Of a DNA stretch of 32,000 nt, positions 19,400 through 27,285 are shown one piece after another. The translations under genes and the position numbers were made by a program. The DNA comes from Alkalilimnicola ehrlichii MLHE-1 (GTDB taxonomy: Bacteria > Pseudomonadota > Gammaproteobacteria > Nitrococcales > Halorhodospiraceae), in assembly GCF_000014785.1 (NCBI RefSeq), contig NC_008340.1, forward strand, positions 3,180,001 through 3,212,000, read 5' to 3'. A model generated the notes under the pieces. The model had not been told where the DNA came from. It saw nothing but the letters and a program-made list of their open reading frames with translations, and made no database searches. How positions within the stretch are numbered: position 1 is the stretch's first letter; each line of letters starts with the position of its first letter.

Positions 19400-21259
19400 T
19401 CACTGGGCGTAGTGGATGGAGACAAAGACGGCACGATCCGGTTGGTTATAGTCCACCTCGTTGGAACCGTCCCGGGCCGTCGCGTAATCCTTGTCCAGGG
19501 CATTGTCCAGCTTGGCCCGGACGGTCCAATGCGGATCGATGGCATAGCTGGCGCGCAGATGAAGGAGCCCATGACCGGCCAGGCGGTCATCGTTGGCCTT
19601 GTCGTTGAAGCTGCGCCCCCGGGCCAGGGCGGTGGCACCGAAGGCCCAGGCACCCAACTCCCGGTCCACGTCCAGCCGCACGGTGTGGTTGGGGCGGCGA
19701 CGCAACTCCCGACCGGTGCCCTTGTCCTCTGTATCCAGAAAGGTGCCGGAGGCGCGCAGCCGCCAGGGCCCCTGGTGATAGCCGCCCTCCAGCTCCAGGC
19801 CTGTAATCCGGGCCTCGTCGACGTTGTCCGGCATCCATTGGCCGTTCACCGGCGCCCACTCGATGAGGTCGTCCACCTCGGTGCGGAACAGGGCGGCATC
19901 CCAGTAGAACGCTCCGCCGGCGTAACGCAACCCGGCCTCTGCGGTGGCGGACTCCTCCGGTTGCAGATCGGGGTTGCCCGAACCCGGCCAATAAAGATCG
20001 TTCAGGGTGGGGGCGTTGAAGGCGGTGCCGTAGGACAGCCGGCCCTGAAGGCGGTCATCGATCTCATAGCCCCAGGCCAACTGCCCGGTGGTGTGGCTGC
20101 CGTAGGCCTGGTTGTCGTCATAACGCAGACTGCCGGACACGTTGTGGCGCCCGAATCGGCCGGCCAGCACCTGGTAGGCCGCCTGGTTGTAGCGGCTGGT
20201 CTCGTCGTAATCGGTGGTGCCCGAGACGCGCTCCTCCTGCCAGTCCAGGCCGGCAGTCCAGGTGATGGTGCGGGTCAACACGAAGTCGTTCAGCCAGTGC
20301 GCCTGATCCCGCTTGGTGTCGTGGCGCGCGTCTAGCTCGCCCTCGTAGTAGGTGTCCTGTTCATCCCGGGCATGGGCGATGCTCAGTTCGGTGTGCCAGC
20401 GGTCGGTCACGTCGCCGCGGGCACCGATTCGTGTGGCCTGATGCACGAAATCGTGATGGGCGGACTCATCGTTGCCGAAAAAGTCCCGCCGATCGAACTC
20501 CGAACGCCCCTCGGAGCGCAGCCCGTTGGCGAACAGCTCCCAGCCGTTGGACAGCCGATGGCTGACCTTTCCGGAGAGGGAGCTGTTGCGGTACCCGTCG
20601 TCGTCGTCATCGCCGACGCCGTCCTGAACATCAATGCCGTCGGTGTGGAAATGACTACCGGAGAGGCGGTACCGGGTATCGGCGGTCCCACCGGCCACGC
20701 CCGCGCCGTATTCGTGGGTGCCGAAGCTACCGGCGCCGGCAAAGGCGTTCACCCGGGGCGGCCCCTCCCGCCCCTCACGGGTGAAGATCTGCACCACACC
20801 GCCGATGGCGTCGGCGCCGTAGATCGCCGAGCGCGGGCCGCGCACCACCTCGACCCGCTCGATCTCCGAGAGCGGCAGCACCTGCCAACTCGCCCCCCCC
20901 AAAGTGGCGGAGCCCATGCGCACCCCGTCGATCAGCAACACCGTGTGCCCCGAATCCGCCCCGCGGAGCCGCACGCTGCTGGCCTTGCCGAAGGGACCGT
21001 TGCTGCTCACGGTCACCCCCGCACGCCCGGCGAGCAGATCGGTGAACTGCTTGGGTTGCTGCCGATCGATTTCCTCACGGTCGATGACTGTGACCGAGGA
21101 GAGCGACTCATTCACCGTCTGCGCAGTGCGCGCCGGCGTCACCACGATGGGTGATAGCGGCCGCGCCTCCGCCGAGTCGGCCTGGGCGATGGCGGGAACG
21201 AGGGTTGCAACGACAAACAGGCTGGCGGCAGTGGCCACCAAAGGGGCGTATCGCGACAT
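19400..21259 (-). CDS. btuB: TonB-dependent vitamin B12 outer membrane receptor BtuB
   Basis: Signal peptide, TonB-box-like PIVVTPARTAQ, plug domain (LRGADSGHTVLLIDGVRMGSATLG...IERVEVVRGPRSAIYGADAIGGVVQIFTR) and C-terminal beta-barrel. It sits downstream of a cobalamin riboswitch. Start ATG at 21259. Confidence 0.93.
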   Translation of the reverse strand: MSRYAPLVATAASLFVVATLVPAIAQADSAEARPLSPIVVTPARTAQTVNESLSSVTVIDREEIDRQQPKQFTDLLAGRAGVTVSSNGPFGKASSVRLRGADSGHTVLLIDGVRMGSATLGGASWQVLPLSEIERVEVVRGPRSAIYGADAIGGVVQIFTREGREGPPRVNAFAGAGSFGTHEYGAGVAGGTADTRYRLSGSHFHTDGIDVQDGVGDDDDDGYRNSSLSGKVSHRLSNGWELFANGLRSEGRSEFDRRDFFGNDESAHHDFVHQATRIGARGDVTDRWHTELSIAHARDEQDTYYEGELDARHDTKRDQAHWLNDFVLTRTITWTAGLDWQEERVSGTTDYDETSRYNQAAYQVLAGRFGRHNVSGSLRYDDNQAYGSHTTGQLAWGYEIDDRLQGRLSYGTAFNAPTLNDLYWPGSGNPDLQPEESATAEAGLRYAGGAFYWDAALFRTEVDDLIEWAPVNGQWMPDNVDEARITGLELEGGYHQGPWRLRASGTFLDTEDKGTGRELRRRPNHTVRLDVDRELGAWAFGATALARGRSFNDKANDDRLAGHGLLHLRASYAIDPHWTVRAKLDNALDKDYATARDGSNEVDYNQPDRAVFVSIHYAQ

Positions 21260-21418
21260 GGTTGAGCGGCTCCAGCTTCGGCCGTCCCGGTGGACGGACC
21301 ATGACCTTCGGCCGCATCCCCCGCACGGCCACGGGTGCACACCGGCAGTCAGGTGGAGCAGGACAGGAGCGACAGGCGGGCGAGGCGAAGGGTACCGGCA
21401 TCGGCCACGACTGCCCTC

Positions 21419-21435
21419 GGTCGCCCACCGCGACC
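21419..21435 (-). other. Short hairpin downstream of the btuB cobalamin aptamer; possible expression platform element
   Basis: The - strand reads GGTCGC-GGTGG-GCGACC (6-bp perfect stem, 5-nt loop), about 14 nt past the aptamer 3' end. Confidence 0.45.
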
Positions 21436-21448
21436 CGGCATGCGCGAC

Positions 21449-21682
21449 AGGCCGGTCTCCGGGCTGATGAGCCGGAGCGACGGGCGGTTGGCCCGGGGCT
21501 CAGAAGCGGCCGCCTTCCCATGCCCGAAGCGGTACGCTGGGGGACACAGTGGCGAGGGTGGCCGTTTGCGCTCAATCACCGTTGCGGGGGCAGCGCCGGA
21601 ATGGGGACTGACAGGGCAGTCACCGCACCGGCTTCCCGTTTCATCCCGGGCGCGGATCGCGCTCCGGAACACCTGTCGCAGG
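21449..21682 (-). promoter_or_regulatory. Adenosylcobalamin riboswitch upstream of btuB-cobO-cobB-cobQ
   Basis: The - strand reads CGACAGGTGTTCC...GGGATGAAACGGGAAGCCGGTG...GGCGCTGCCCCCGCAACGGTGATTGAGC...GCCACTGTG...GGGAAGGCGGC...GGCTCATCAGCCCGGAGACCGGCCTG. It includes the B12-box core and the conserved CATCAGCCCGGAGACC end. Boundaries are approximate. Confidence 0.93.
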
Positions 21683-21689
21683 GTCGATA

Positions 21690-21718
21690 AGCCTAGCGAG
21701 TCGCCCGGCGGGAGTCAA
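21690..21718 (-). promoter_or_regulatory. Candidate sigma70 promoter for the btuB riboswitch transcript
   Basis: The - strand reads TTGACT (21718-21713), 17 nt, TAGGCT (21695-21690). The predicted start falls next to the aptamer 5' end. Confidence 0.45.
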
Positions 21719-21731
21719 AACCGGGGCGGCA

Positions 21732-22505
21732 TCAGCCAGCGCTGTTCGCGAGCACCGCCAGTAGCCCCAACAGGGCCGCCAGTTCCGCCACCTCGACGAG
21801 GGCACCGGCGGTATCGCCGGTGAAGCCATCGAGGCGGCGCATCATCAGGTGCTGGGCCCACACCCCCACCGCCACCACCCCCAGCACGGCCGCCAGCCCC
21901 GCCCAGCCGGCCAGCGCGGTAACGAAAAGCAGCGCACCCAGCGCCGTGAGCCCGATCCACCTTGTGGCGGGCGCCTCGGCGAGCGGTCCGGCTAGCCCCT
22001 GCTTGCGGGCGTAGGGCGTGCCCGCGATCAGCAACGCGGCCGCGGCACGCCCCAGCACCGGCGCGATCAACAGCGCGGCCAGCGCCGCATCCAGGCGCAG
22101 CAGGGCCGCCAGCGCCGCCACCTTGACCACCAGCGCCAGCGTGATCACCGCCACCGCCGCCGGTCCGCTGCGCGGGTCTTTCATGATCTCCAGGCTGCGC
22201 AGCCGGTCACCGTGGCCGCCCAACCAGGCGTCGGCGCTGTCACCCAAGCCGTCCAGATGCAGCAGGCCGGTAACCAGCGCCCAGGCAGCCACCAGCAGGG
22301 CCGCCTGAACCACGAACTGATCCGGAAAGAACCATTGCAGCAGGGCGTATAGGGCCAGCAGCAGGATGCCCAGAATCAGACCCACCACCGGATAGGCGGG
22401 CAGCGAGGCGGCGTGATCCTCACGCCGGGGCGGGCCCAGCCACCAAACCGGCAGCCGGGTGAGGAAGGCCAGGGCCAGCAGCAGGCCGCGCACCGCCGTG
22501 GTCAT
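21732..22505 (-). CDS. cobS: Adenosylcobinamide-GDP ribazoletransferase (cobalamin synthase)
   Basis: MTTAVRGLLLALAFLTRLPVWW; LHLDGLGDSADAWLGG; LEIMKDPRSGPAAVAVITLALVVK, typical of CobS membrane proteins. Confidence 0.95.
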   Translation of the reverse strand: MTTAVRGLLLALAFLTRLPVWWLGPPRREDHAASLPAYPVVGLILGILLLALYALLQWFFPDQFVVQAALLVAAWALVTGLLHLDGLGDSADAWLGGHGDRLRSLEIMKDPRSGPAAVAVITLALVVKVAALAALLRLDAALAALLIAPVLGRAAAALLIAGTPYARKQGLAGPLAEAPATRWIGLTALGALLFVTALAGWAGLAAVLGVVAVGVWAQHLMMRRLDGFTGDTAGALVEVAELAALLGLLAVLANSAG

Positions 22506-22509
22506 GGTC

Positions 22510-23181
22510 TCACCCCTCGTCCACCGCACAGCCGTGGGCCAGCAGGGTGGCGACCGGGTTGCCGTCGATCCAGTCCACCCGCAGGCGGGTCAGACAGGCG
22601 TAGGGCACGTGAATACGGCCGAGCAGGGGGGCCGGATCGAGACCCAGTGCCTCGGCCAGCAGCACCCGGATGGCCCCGCCATGGCAGACCACCAGCAGCC
22701 GTTCCCCCGGCGGCTCGTCCAGCCACCGGCGCCACCCCCTCGCCAGACGCCCATGCAGCGCATCCAGGGTCTCACCCCCCGGCGGTGGATGGCGGCGCGG
22801 GTCGCGCCAGAAGGCGGTGAGGCGGTCGCCCTGGGCCTCGAACAGGGCCGCGGGCTCCCAACCCTCCCATTCGCCGAAGTCGATCTCTCGGAAATCGGGC
22901 TCCAGGTACAACGGCAGGCCCTGGTGGGTGCTGTAGTCGCGGGCAAAGTCGGCACAGCGGCACAGCGGCGAGCTGATCACCGCATCCCAGGGGCCGGCAA
23001 CAGCCACCGCCCGGCGCAGCTGCCGCCACCCGGTCGCGGACAGCGGATCGTCCAGGCGGCCGCGATACTTCCGGCCCCCTTCCGGCTCGCCGTGGCGCAG
23101 CAGGTCCACGAACAAGGGTTGCTGGTGCAAGGTCGTGCTCCCGGTCAGCAGGTTGGGCGCATAGGATACACTGCGGCCCAT
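22510..23181 (-). CDS. cobC: Histidine phosphatase family protein, alpha-ribazole phosphatase CobC-like
   Basis: LFVDLLRHGEPEGGRKYRGRLDDPLSATGWRQL; FREIDFGEWEGW; LLVVCHGGAIRVLL. The exact start is uncertain: ATG 23181, or TTG 23130 preceded by GGGAG. Confidence 0.85.
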   Translation of the reverse strand: MGRSVSYAPNLLTGSTTLHQQPLFVDLLRHGEPEGGRKYRGRLDDPLSATGWRQLRRAVAVAGPWDAVISSPLCRCADFARDYSTHQGLPLYLEPDFREIDFGEWEGWEPAALFEAQGDRLTAFWRDPRRHPPPGGETLDALHGRLARGWRRWLDEPPGERLLVVCHGGAIRVLLAEALGLDPAPLLGRIHVPYACLTRLRVDWIDGNPVATLLAHGCAVDEG

Positions 23182-24115
23182 GCTCCAGACCGCCCCCATC
23201 CCCGATCCCCTGGCTGCCCTGCTGTTGGCGGTGGTGCTGGACCGCCTGCTGGGCGAGCCGCGCCGCTGGCACCCGCTGGTGGGCTTCGGGCGCGTTGCCG
23301 TCGCGCTGGAGCGGGGCCTGAACCGGGGCGGTGCGCGCCAGGTCAAGGGCGCGCTGGCCCTGGCGCTGCTGGTGCTGCCCCTGACCACGGCCCTGGCCTG
23401 GCTGGCCCAGGGGTCCTGGCTGATCAGCGCCGGCCTCCTTTACCTGGCGCTGGGGCTGCGCAGCCTGGACGAGCACGCCCGGGCCATACAGGCCCCACTG
23501 GAGGACGATCGGCTGGCATCGGCGCGGGAGGCGCTGGCGGGCGTGGTGAGCCGCGACACCGGGACGCTGGATGCGACCGGGGCCTCCGGCGCAGCGGTGG
23601 AGTCGGCGCTGGAGAACGGCGCCGACGCCGGTTTTGCCAGCCTGTTCTGGTTTCTGCTCGCCGGACCGGCCGGCGCGGTGGCCCATCGGCTGATCAACAC
23701 CCTGGATGCCATGTGGGGTTACCGTACCGCCCGGTTCAACGCCTTCGGATGGACGGCGGCGCGCCTGGATGACCTGCTCAACTGGGTCCCCGCCCGGCTC
23801 ACCGCGGCGGGGTACGCCCTGTGCGGCGACACCCGCCGGGCCCTGCACTGCTGGCGCGAGCAGGCCGGCCGCTGGGAGAGCCCCAACGCCGGCCCGGTGA
23901 TGGCCGCGGGGGCTGGCGCCCTGGGGCTGCGGCTGGGTGGCCCCAGCCGTTACCGGGGCCGGCTGAAGGCGCGCCCGGTGCTGGGCCAAGGGCGGCCCGC
24001 CAACCCCGGCGACATCCGCCGCGCCACCCGCCTCGTGCAACGCACGCTGGTGCTCTGGCTGGTCCTGATCACCCTGGGAGGTATGGCATGGCACCTGACC
24101 ACGGCGGCGGGCTGA
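23180..24115 (+). CDS. cbiB: Adenosylcobinamide-phosphate synthase (CbiB/CobD family)
   Basis: MLQTAPIPDPLAALLLAVVLDRLLGEPRRWHPLVGFGR; VVSRDTGTLD; HRLINTLDAMWGYRTARFNAFGWTAARLDDLLNWVPARLTA. Confidence 0.95.
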   Translation: MLQTAPIPDPLAALLLAVVLDRLLGEPRRWHPLVGFGRVAVALERGLNRGGARQVKGALALALLVLPLTTALAWLAQGSWLISAGLLYLALGLRSLDEHARAIQAPLEDDRLASAREALAGVVSRDTGTLDATGASGAAVESALENGADAGFASLFWFLLAGPAGAVAHRLINTLDAMWGYRTARFNAFGWTAARLDDLLNWVPARLTAAGYALCGDTRRALHCWREQAGRWESPNAGPVMAAGAGALGLRLGGPSRYRGRLKARPVLGQGRPANPGDIRRATRLVQRTLVLWLVLITLGGMAWHLTTAAG

Positions 24116-25134
24116 GGGCGGCGGCGAGCGCGTGGGGCCGCCCCCCGGCCGACTGGCTGGATCTCTCCACCGGCATCAGCCCCTGGTCGTGGCCGGTCCC
24201 TGCGATACCCACCCCCGTCTGGCAGCGGTTGCCGGAGCCCGACGGGTTGCCGGACATTGCCCGCACCTGGGCCGGCGCGCCGGAGCAGGCCGGCTGCCTG
24301 CCGGTCCCCGGCACCCAGGCGGTCATTCAACGCCTGCCCCACTGCCTGCCGCCATCGCGGGTGGGCGTGCCGCACCCCGGCTACGCCGAACACGCCCATT
24401 GTTGGCGGCAGGCCGGCCACCACGTCATCCCCCTACCCCACGATTCGGTGGCACCGCCACTGGAGACGCTGGACGTGCTGGTCTGGATCAACCCCAACAA
24501 CCCCACCGGCCGGCGCACCCCGGCGGGACGATTGGCGGCCTGGCACCGGCAACTGGCGGCCCGTAGCGGGTTGCTGGTGGTGGACGAGGCCTTCATCGAT
24601 ACCGAGCCAGTAGCCAGCCTGGCCACCCTCACCGGCTCGGAGGGCCTGCTGGTGCTGCGCTCGCTCGGCAAGTTCTTCGGTCTGGCCGGCCTGCGCGCCG
24701 GACTGGTCTTCGGCCCCCGCGCCCTCTGCGCCCGGCTGGACGCCGAGCTGGGCCCCTGGGCCGTCAGCCACCCCGCCCGCTGGGTGATGGCCCGCGCCCT
24801 GGCGGACCGGCCATGGCAGGTGGCACAGCGTTACCGTCTGGCCGGGGCGGCCCAACGGCTGGCCGATTGCCTGGCCCACCATGGCCTGCCGCCGGCGGGC
24901 GGCACCGGGCTGTTCCAGTACTGCCCCCACCCCCGGGCCGCCACCCTGCACGGGGCCCTGGCCGCCCGGGGCATCCTCACCCGACACTTCGCCGAGCCCT
25001 CGGCGCTCCGCTTCGGACTCCCCGGCCAGAGCCACGACTGGCGGCGGCTGGAGGCGGCGCTGCGGGCCGCCAGCCCGGACCGGGAAGGGGGCGAGCCCCT
25101 GCACCACGTTGACGGCCCCCGCGGCGATTGCTAG
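24088..25134 (+). CDS. cobD: L-threonine-O-3-phosphate decarboxylase / histidinol-phosphate aminotransferase-like
   Basis: ADWLDLSTGISPW; VWINPNNPTGRRTP; LLVVDEAFIDTEP; LLVLRSLGKFFGLAGLRAGLVFG with a PLP lysine in SLGKFFGLAGLR. Start at ATG 24088, inside the 3' end of cbiB. Confidence 0.92.
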   Translation: MAPDHGGGLRAAASAWGRPPADWLDLSTGISPWSWPVPAIPTPVWQRLPEPDGLPDIARTWAGAPEQAGCLPVPGTQAVIQRLPHCLPPSRVGVPHPGYAEHAHCWRQAGHHVIPLPHDSVAPPLETLDVLVWINPNNPTGRRTPAGRLAAWHRQLAARSGLLVVDEAFIDTEPVASLATLTGSEGLLVLRSLGKFFGLAGLRAGLVFGPRALCARLDAELGPWAVSHPARWVMARALADRPWQVAQRYRLAGAAQRLADCLAHHGLPPAGGTGLFQYCPHPRAATLHGALAARGILTRHFAEPSALRFGLPGQSHDWRRLEAALRAASPDREGGEPLHHVDGPRGDC

Positions 25135-25137
25135 CGT
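25109..25137 (+). promoter_or_regulatory. Candidate sigma70 promoter for the btuF riboswitch transcript, overlapping the cobD stop codon
   Basis: TTGACG (25109-25114), 17 nt, TAGCGT (25132-25137). The TAG of the -10-like hexamer is also the cobD stop codon. Confidence 0.4.
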
Positions 25138-25149
25138 CTGCGCTCCCGC

Positions 25150-25325
25150 CCCAGGTTTCCCGGCCCCTGCGCCGGGATGAAACGGGAAGTCGGTGCCAGT
25201 CCGACGCTGCCCCCGCAACGGTGATTGAGCGGAAACGGCCACCACGCCACTGTGCCCCGGCACGGGAAGGCGGCCGCTTCGGGGTCCCCACCACCCCGGC
25301 TCATCAGCCCGGAGACCGGCCTGGG
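25150..25325 (+). promoter_or_regulatory. Adenosylcobalamin riboswitch upstream of btuF-btuC-btuD-cobT
   Basis: CCAGGTTTCCC...GGGATGAAACGGGAAGTCGGTGCCAGTCCGACGCTGCCCCCGCAACGGTGATTGAGCGGAAACGGCCACCACGCCACTGTG...CACGGGAAGGCGGC...GGCTCATCAGCCCGGAGACCGGCCTGG. Boundaries are approximate. Confidence 0.95.
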
Positions 25326-25339
25326 TGCGCCATACCACG

Positions 25340-25356
25340 CGTCGCGGAGGGCGACG
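25340..25356 (+). other. Short hairpin downstream of the btuF cobalamin aptamer; possible expression platform element
   Basis: CGTCGC-GGAGG-GCGACG (6-bp perfect stem, 5-nt loop), immediately upstream of the btuF SD-like GAGGGAG (25359-25365) and ATG (25374). Confidence 0.5.
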
Positions 25357-25373
25357 CCGAGGGAGCCCGAGTC

Positions 25374-26309
25374 ATGCCCGATACCGCCACACCCGCACGT
25401 CGCCGCCGCCTGCCCGGACTGCTGGCCGGCCTGGCCCTCTTGCTATGGGCGGCCACTGGCGCAGCGCAAGGGCCCGCTGCCGAACCCCGCTGCGTACGCG
25501 ACGACCTGGAGCGGGAGATCTGTGTCCAGGCCGCCGAGCCCCGCATCATCAGCCTGGCCCCCCACATCACCGAACAGCTCTTTGCCGTCGGCGCCGGGGC
25601 ACTCATCGTCGGCACGGTCAACTTCAGCGATTACCCGCCGGAGGCCGAGGCCATCCCCCGGGTGGGCGGTTACAACCGCATCGACGTGGAGCGCGTGCTC
25701 GCCAAGGCGCCCGACCTGGTGGTGGCCTGGCGCAGCGGCAACCCCCGCGCCCACGTGGAACGCCTGGAGGCCCTCGGGCTGACGGTCTACGTCAGCGAAC
25801 CGCGCCGCTTCGAGGACGTGGCCCGGGCCCTGGAGCGCCTGGGCCGGCTCGCCGGCCGGGAACAGGCCGGGGCGGAGGCGGCCGACGGGTTTCGGGATGA
25901 GGTGGCGGCGCTGCGCCGGCAGTATGCTGACCGCGACCGGGTCTCGCTCTACTACCAGATCTGGGATCAGCCGCTGATGACCGTGAACGACGAGCACCTG
26001 ATTGGCGAGGCCATCGCCCTCTGCGGCGGGTGGAATGTCTTTGGCGACAGTGACCGCCTGACCCCCAAGGTGGACCGCGAGAGCGTGCTCGGCGCTGACC
26101 CGGAGGCCATCCTGGCCAGCGGCATGGGCGAGGAGCGCGAGGACTGGGTGGACGAGTGGCGGGCCTGGCCGGCGAGTACGGCGGTACAGCGCGACAACCT
26201 CTTCTTCATCCCCCCCTCGCTGCTCCAGCGCCACACGCCGCGCATCCTCGAGGGCACGCGGCTGCTCTGCGAGGCGCTGGAGACCGCCCGTGGGCGCCGG
26301 CCGGAGTAG
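25374..26309 (+). CDS. btuF: Cobalamin ABC transporter substrate-binding protein BtuF
   Basis: Signal peptide (RRRRLPGLLAGLALLLWAATGAAQG); PRIISLAPHITEQLFAVGAGALIVGTVNFSDYPPEAEAIPRVGGYNRIDVERVLAKAPDLVVAW; downstream of a B12 riboswitch and followed by BtuC/BtuD. Confidence 0.93.
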   Translation: MPDTATPARRRRLPGLLAGLALLLWAATGAAQGPAAEPRCVRDDLEREICVQAAEPRIISLAPHITEQLFAVGAGALIVGTVNFSDYPPEAEAIPRVGGYNRIDVERVLAKAPDLVVAWRSGNPRAHVERLEALGLTVYVSEPRRFEDVARALERLGRLAGREQAGAEAADGFRDEVAALRRQYADRDRVSLYYQIWDQPLMTVNDEHLIGEAIALCGGWNVFGDSDRLTPKVDRESVLGADPEAILASGMGEEREDWVDEWRAWPASTAVQRDNLFFIPPSLLQRHTPRILEGTRLLCEALETARGRRPE

Positions 26310-26315
26310 CTGGCA

Positions 26316-27284
26316 GTGACCCGACTGCCCGCCATCGTGGCCGTCCTGGGGTGCGCCGGCCTGGCCAGCCTGTTGCTGGCCATCGCGGTGGGCAGCGTGG
26401 CGTTGACGCCGGCCGAGGTCTGGGCCGGGCTGCGCGGCGAGGGGCTGCCGCTGCACAACACCCTGGTTCGGGAACTGCGCCTGCCCCGCGCCCTGGCCGC
26501 CTTCGCCACCGGCGGCCTGCTGGCAGTGGCCGGGGCGTTGATGCAGGTGCTGCTGCGCAACCCGCTGGCCGACCCCTATGTCCTGGGCCTTTCCGGTGGC
26601 GCGGCCGTGGGCGCCCTGCTGGCCATGCTGGCCGGCCTCGGCATGGCGCTGGTCTCCGGCGCCGCCTTCGCCGGTGCACTGGCCTCCACCCTGCTGGTCT
26701 TCGGGCTCGCTCACGGCACCGGCAGCTGGACCCCCACCCGCTTGTTGCTGACCGGCGTGGTGGTGGCCGCCGGCTGGGGCGCCAGCATCAATTTCATCCT
26801 CGCCCTCAGCCCCACCCAGGAGCTGCCCGGCATGCTTTTCTGGCTGATGGGCGACCTCTCCCACGCCCGCGATCCCCGGGTGCCCCTGGGGGTGCTGGTG
26901 TTCGCCCTGCTCTGCGCCTGGCCGCTGGGCCGCAGCCTCAACGTGCTCGCCCGGGGCAGCCTGCAGGCGGCCGCCCTGGGCGTGCGGGTCCGCCCCCTGG
27001 AGTGGACGGTCTACCTGGCCGCCTCCCTGCTCACGGCCACCGCCGTCACCGTGGCCGGCAGCGTCGGCTTTGTGGGCCTGATCGTCCCGCACATGCTGCG
27101 CCTGGTGCTGGGCAACGACCAGCGGATCATCCTCCCGGCGTCGGCCCTGGCCGGGGGCATACTGCTCACCCTGGCCGACACCCTGGCGCGCACCCTCATC
27201 GCCCCGGAGCAACTGCCGGTGGGGGTGATCACCGCGATGCTCGGTGTACCTGTCTTCCTCTACCTGCTGCACCGGAGCCGCTGA
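26316..27284 (+). CDS. btuC: Cobalamin ABC transporter permease BtuC (FecCD family)
   Basis: GTG start; LRLPRALAAFATGGLLAVAGALMQVLLRNPLADPYVLGLSGGAAVGALLAML; GFVGLIVPHMLRLVLGNDQRIILPASALAGG. Confidence 0.94.
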   Translation: MTRLPAIVAVLGCAGLASLLLAIAVGSVALTPAEVWAGLRGEGLPLHNTLVRELRLPRALAAFATGGLLAVAGALMQVLLRNPLADPYVLGLSGGAAVGALLAMLAGLGMALVSGAAFAGALASTLLVFGLAHGTGSWTPTRLLLTGVVVAAGWGASINFILALSPTQELPGMLFWLMGDLSHARDPRVPLGVLVFALLCAWPLGRSLNVLARGSLQAAALGVRVRPLEWTVYLAASLLTATAVTVAGSVGFVGLIVPHMLRLVLGNDQRIILPASALAGGILLTLADTLARTLIAPEQLPVGVITAMLGVPVFLYLLHRSR

Positions 27285-27285
27285 C

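Noticed and set aside
21349-21441. Possible 30-aa upstream ORF in the btuB leader (MPGRGGRPRAVVADAGTLRLARLSLLSCST)
   Set aside because: The frame is open but there is no clear ribosome-binding site or independent coding signal; it overlaps the post-aptamer hairpin and is more likely chance.
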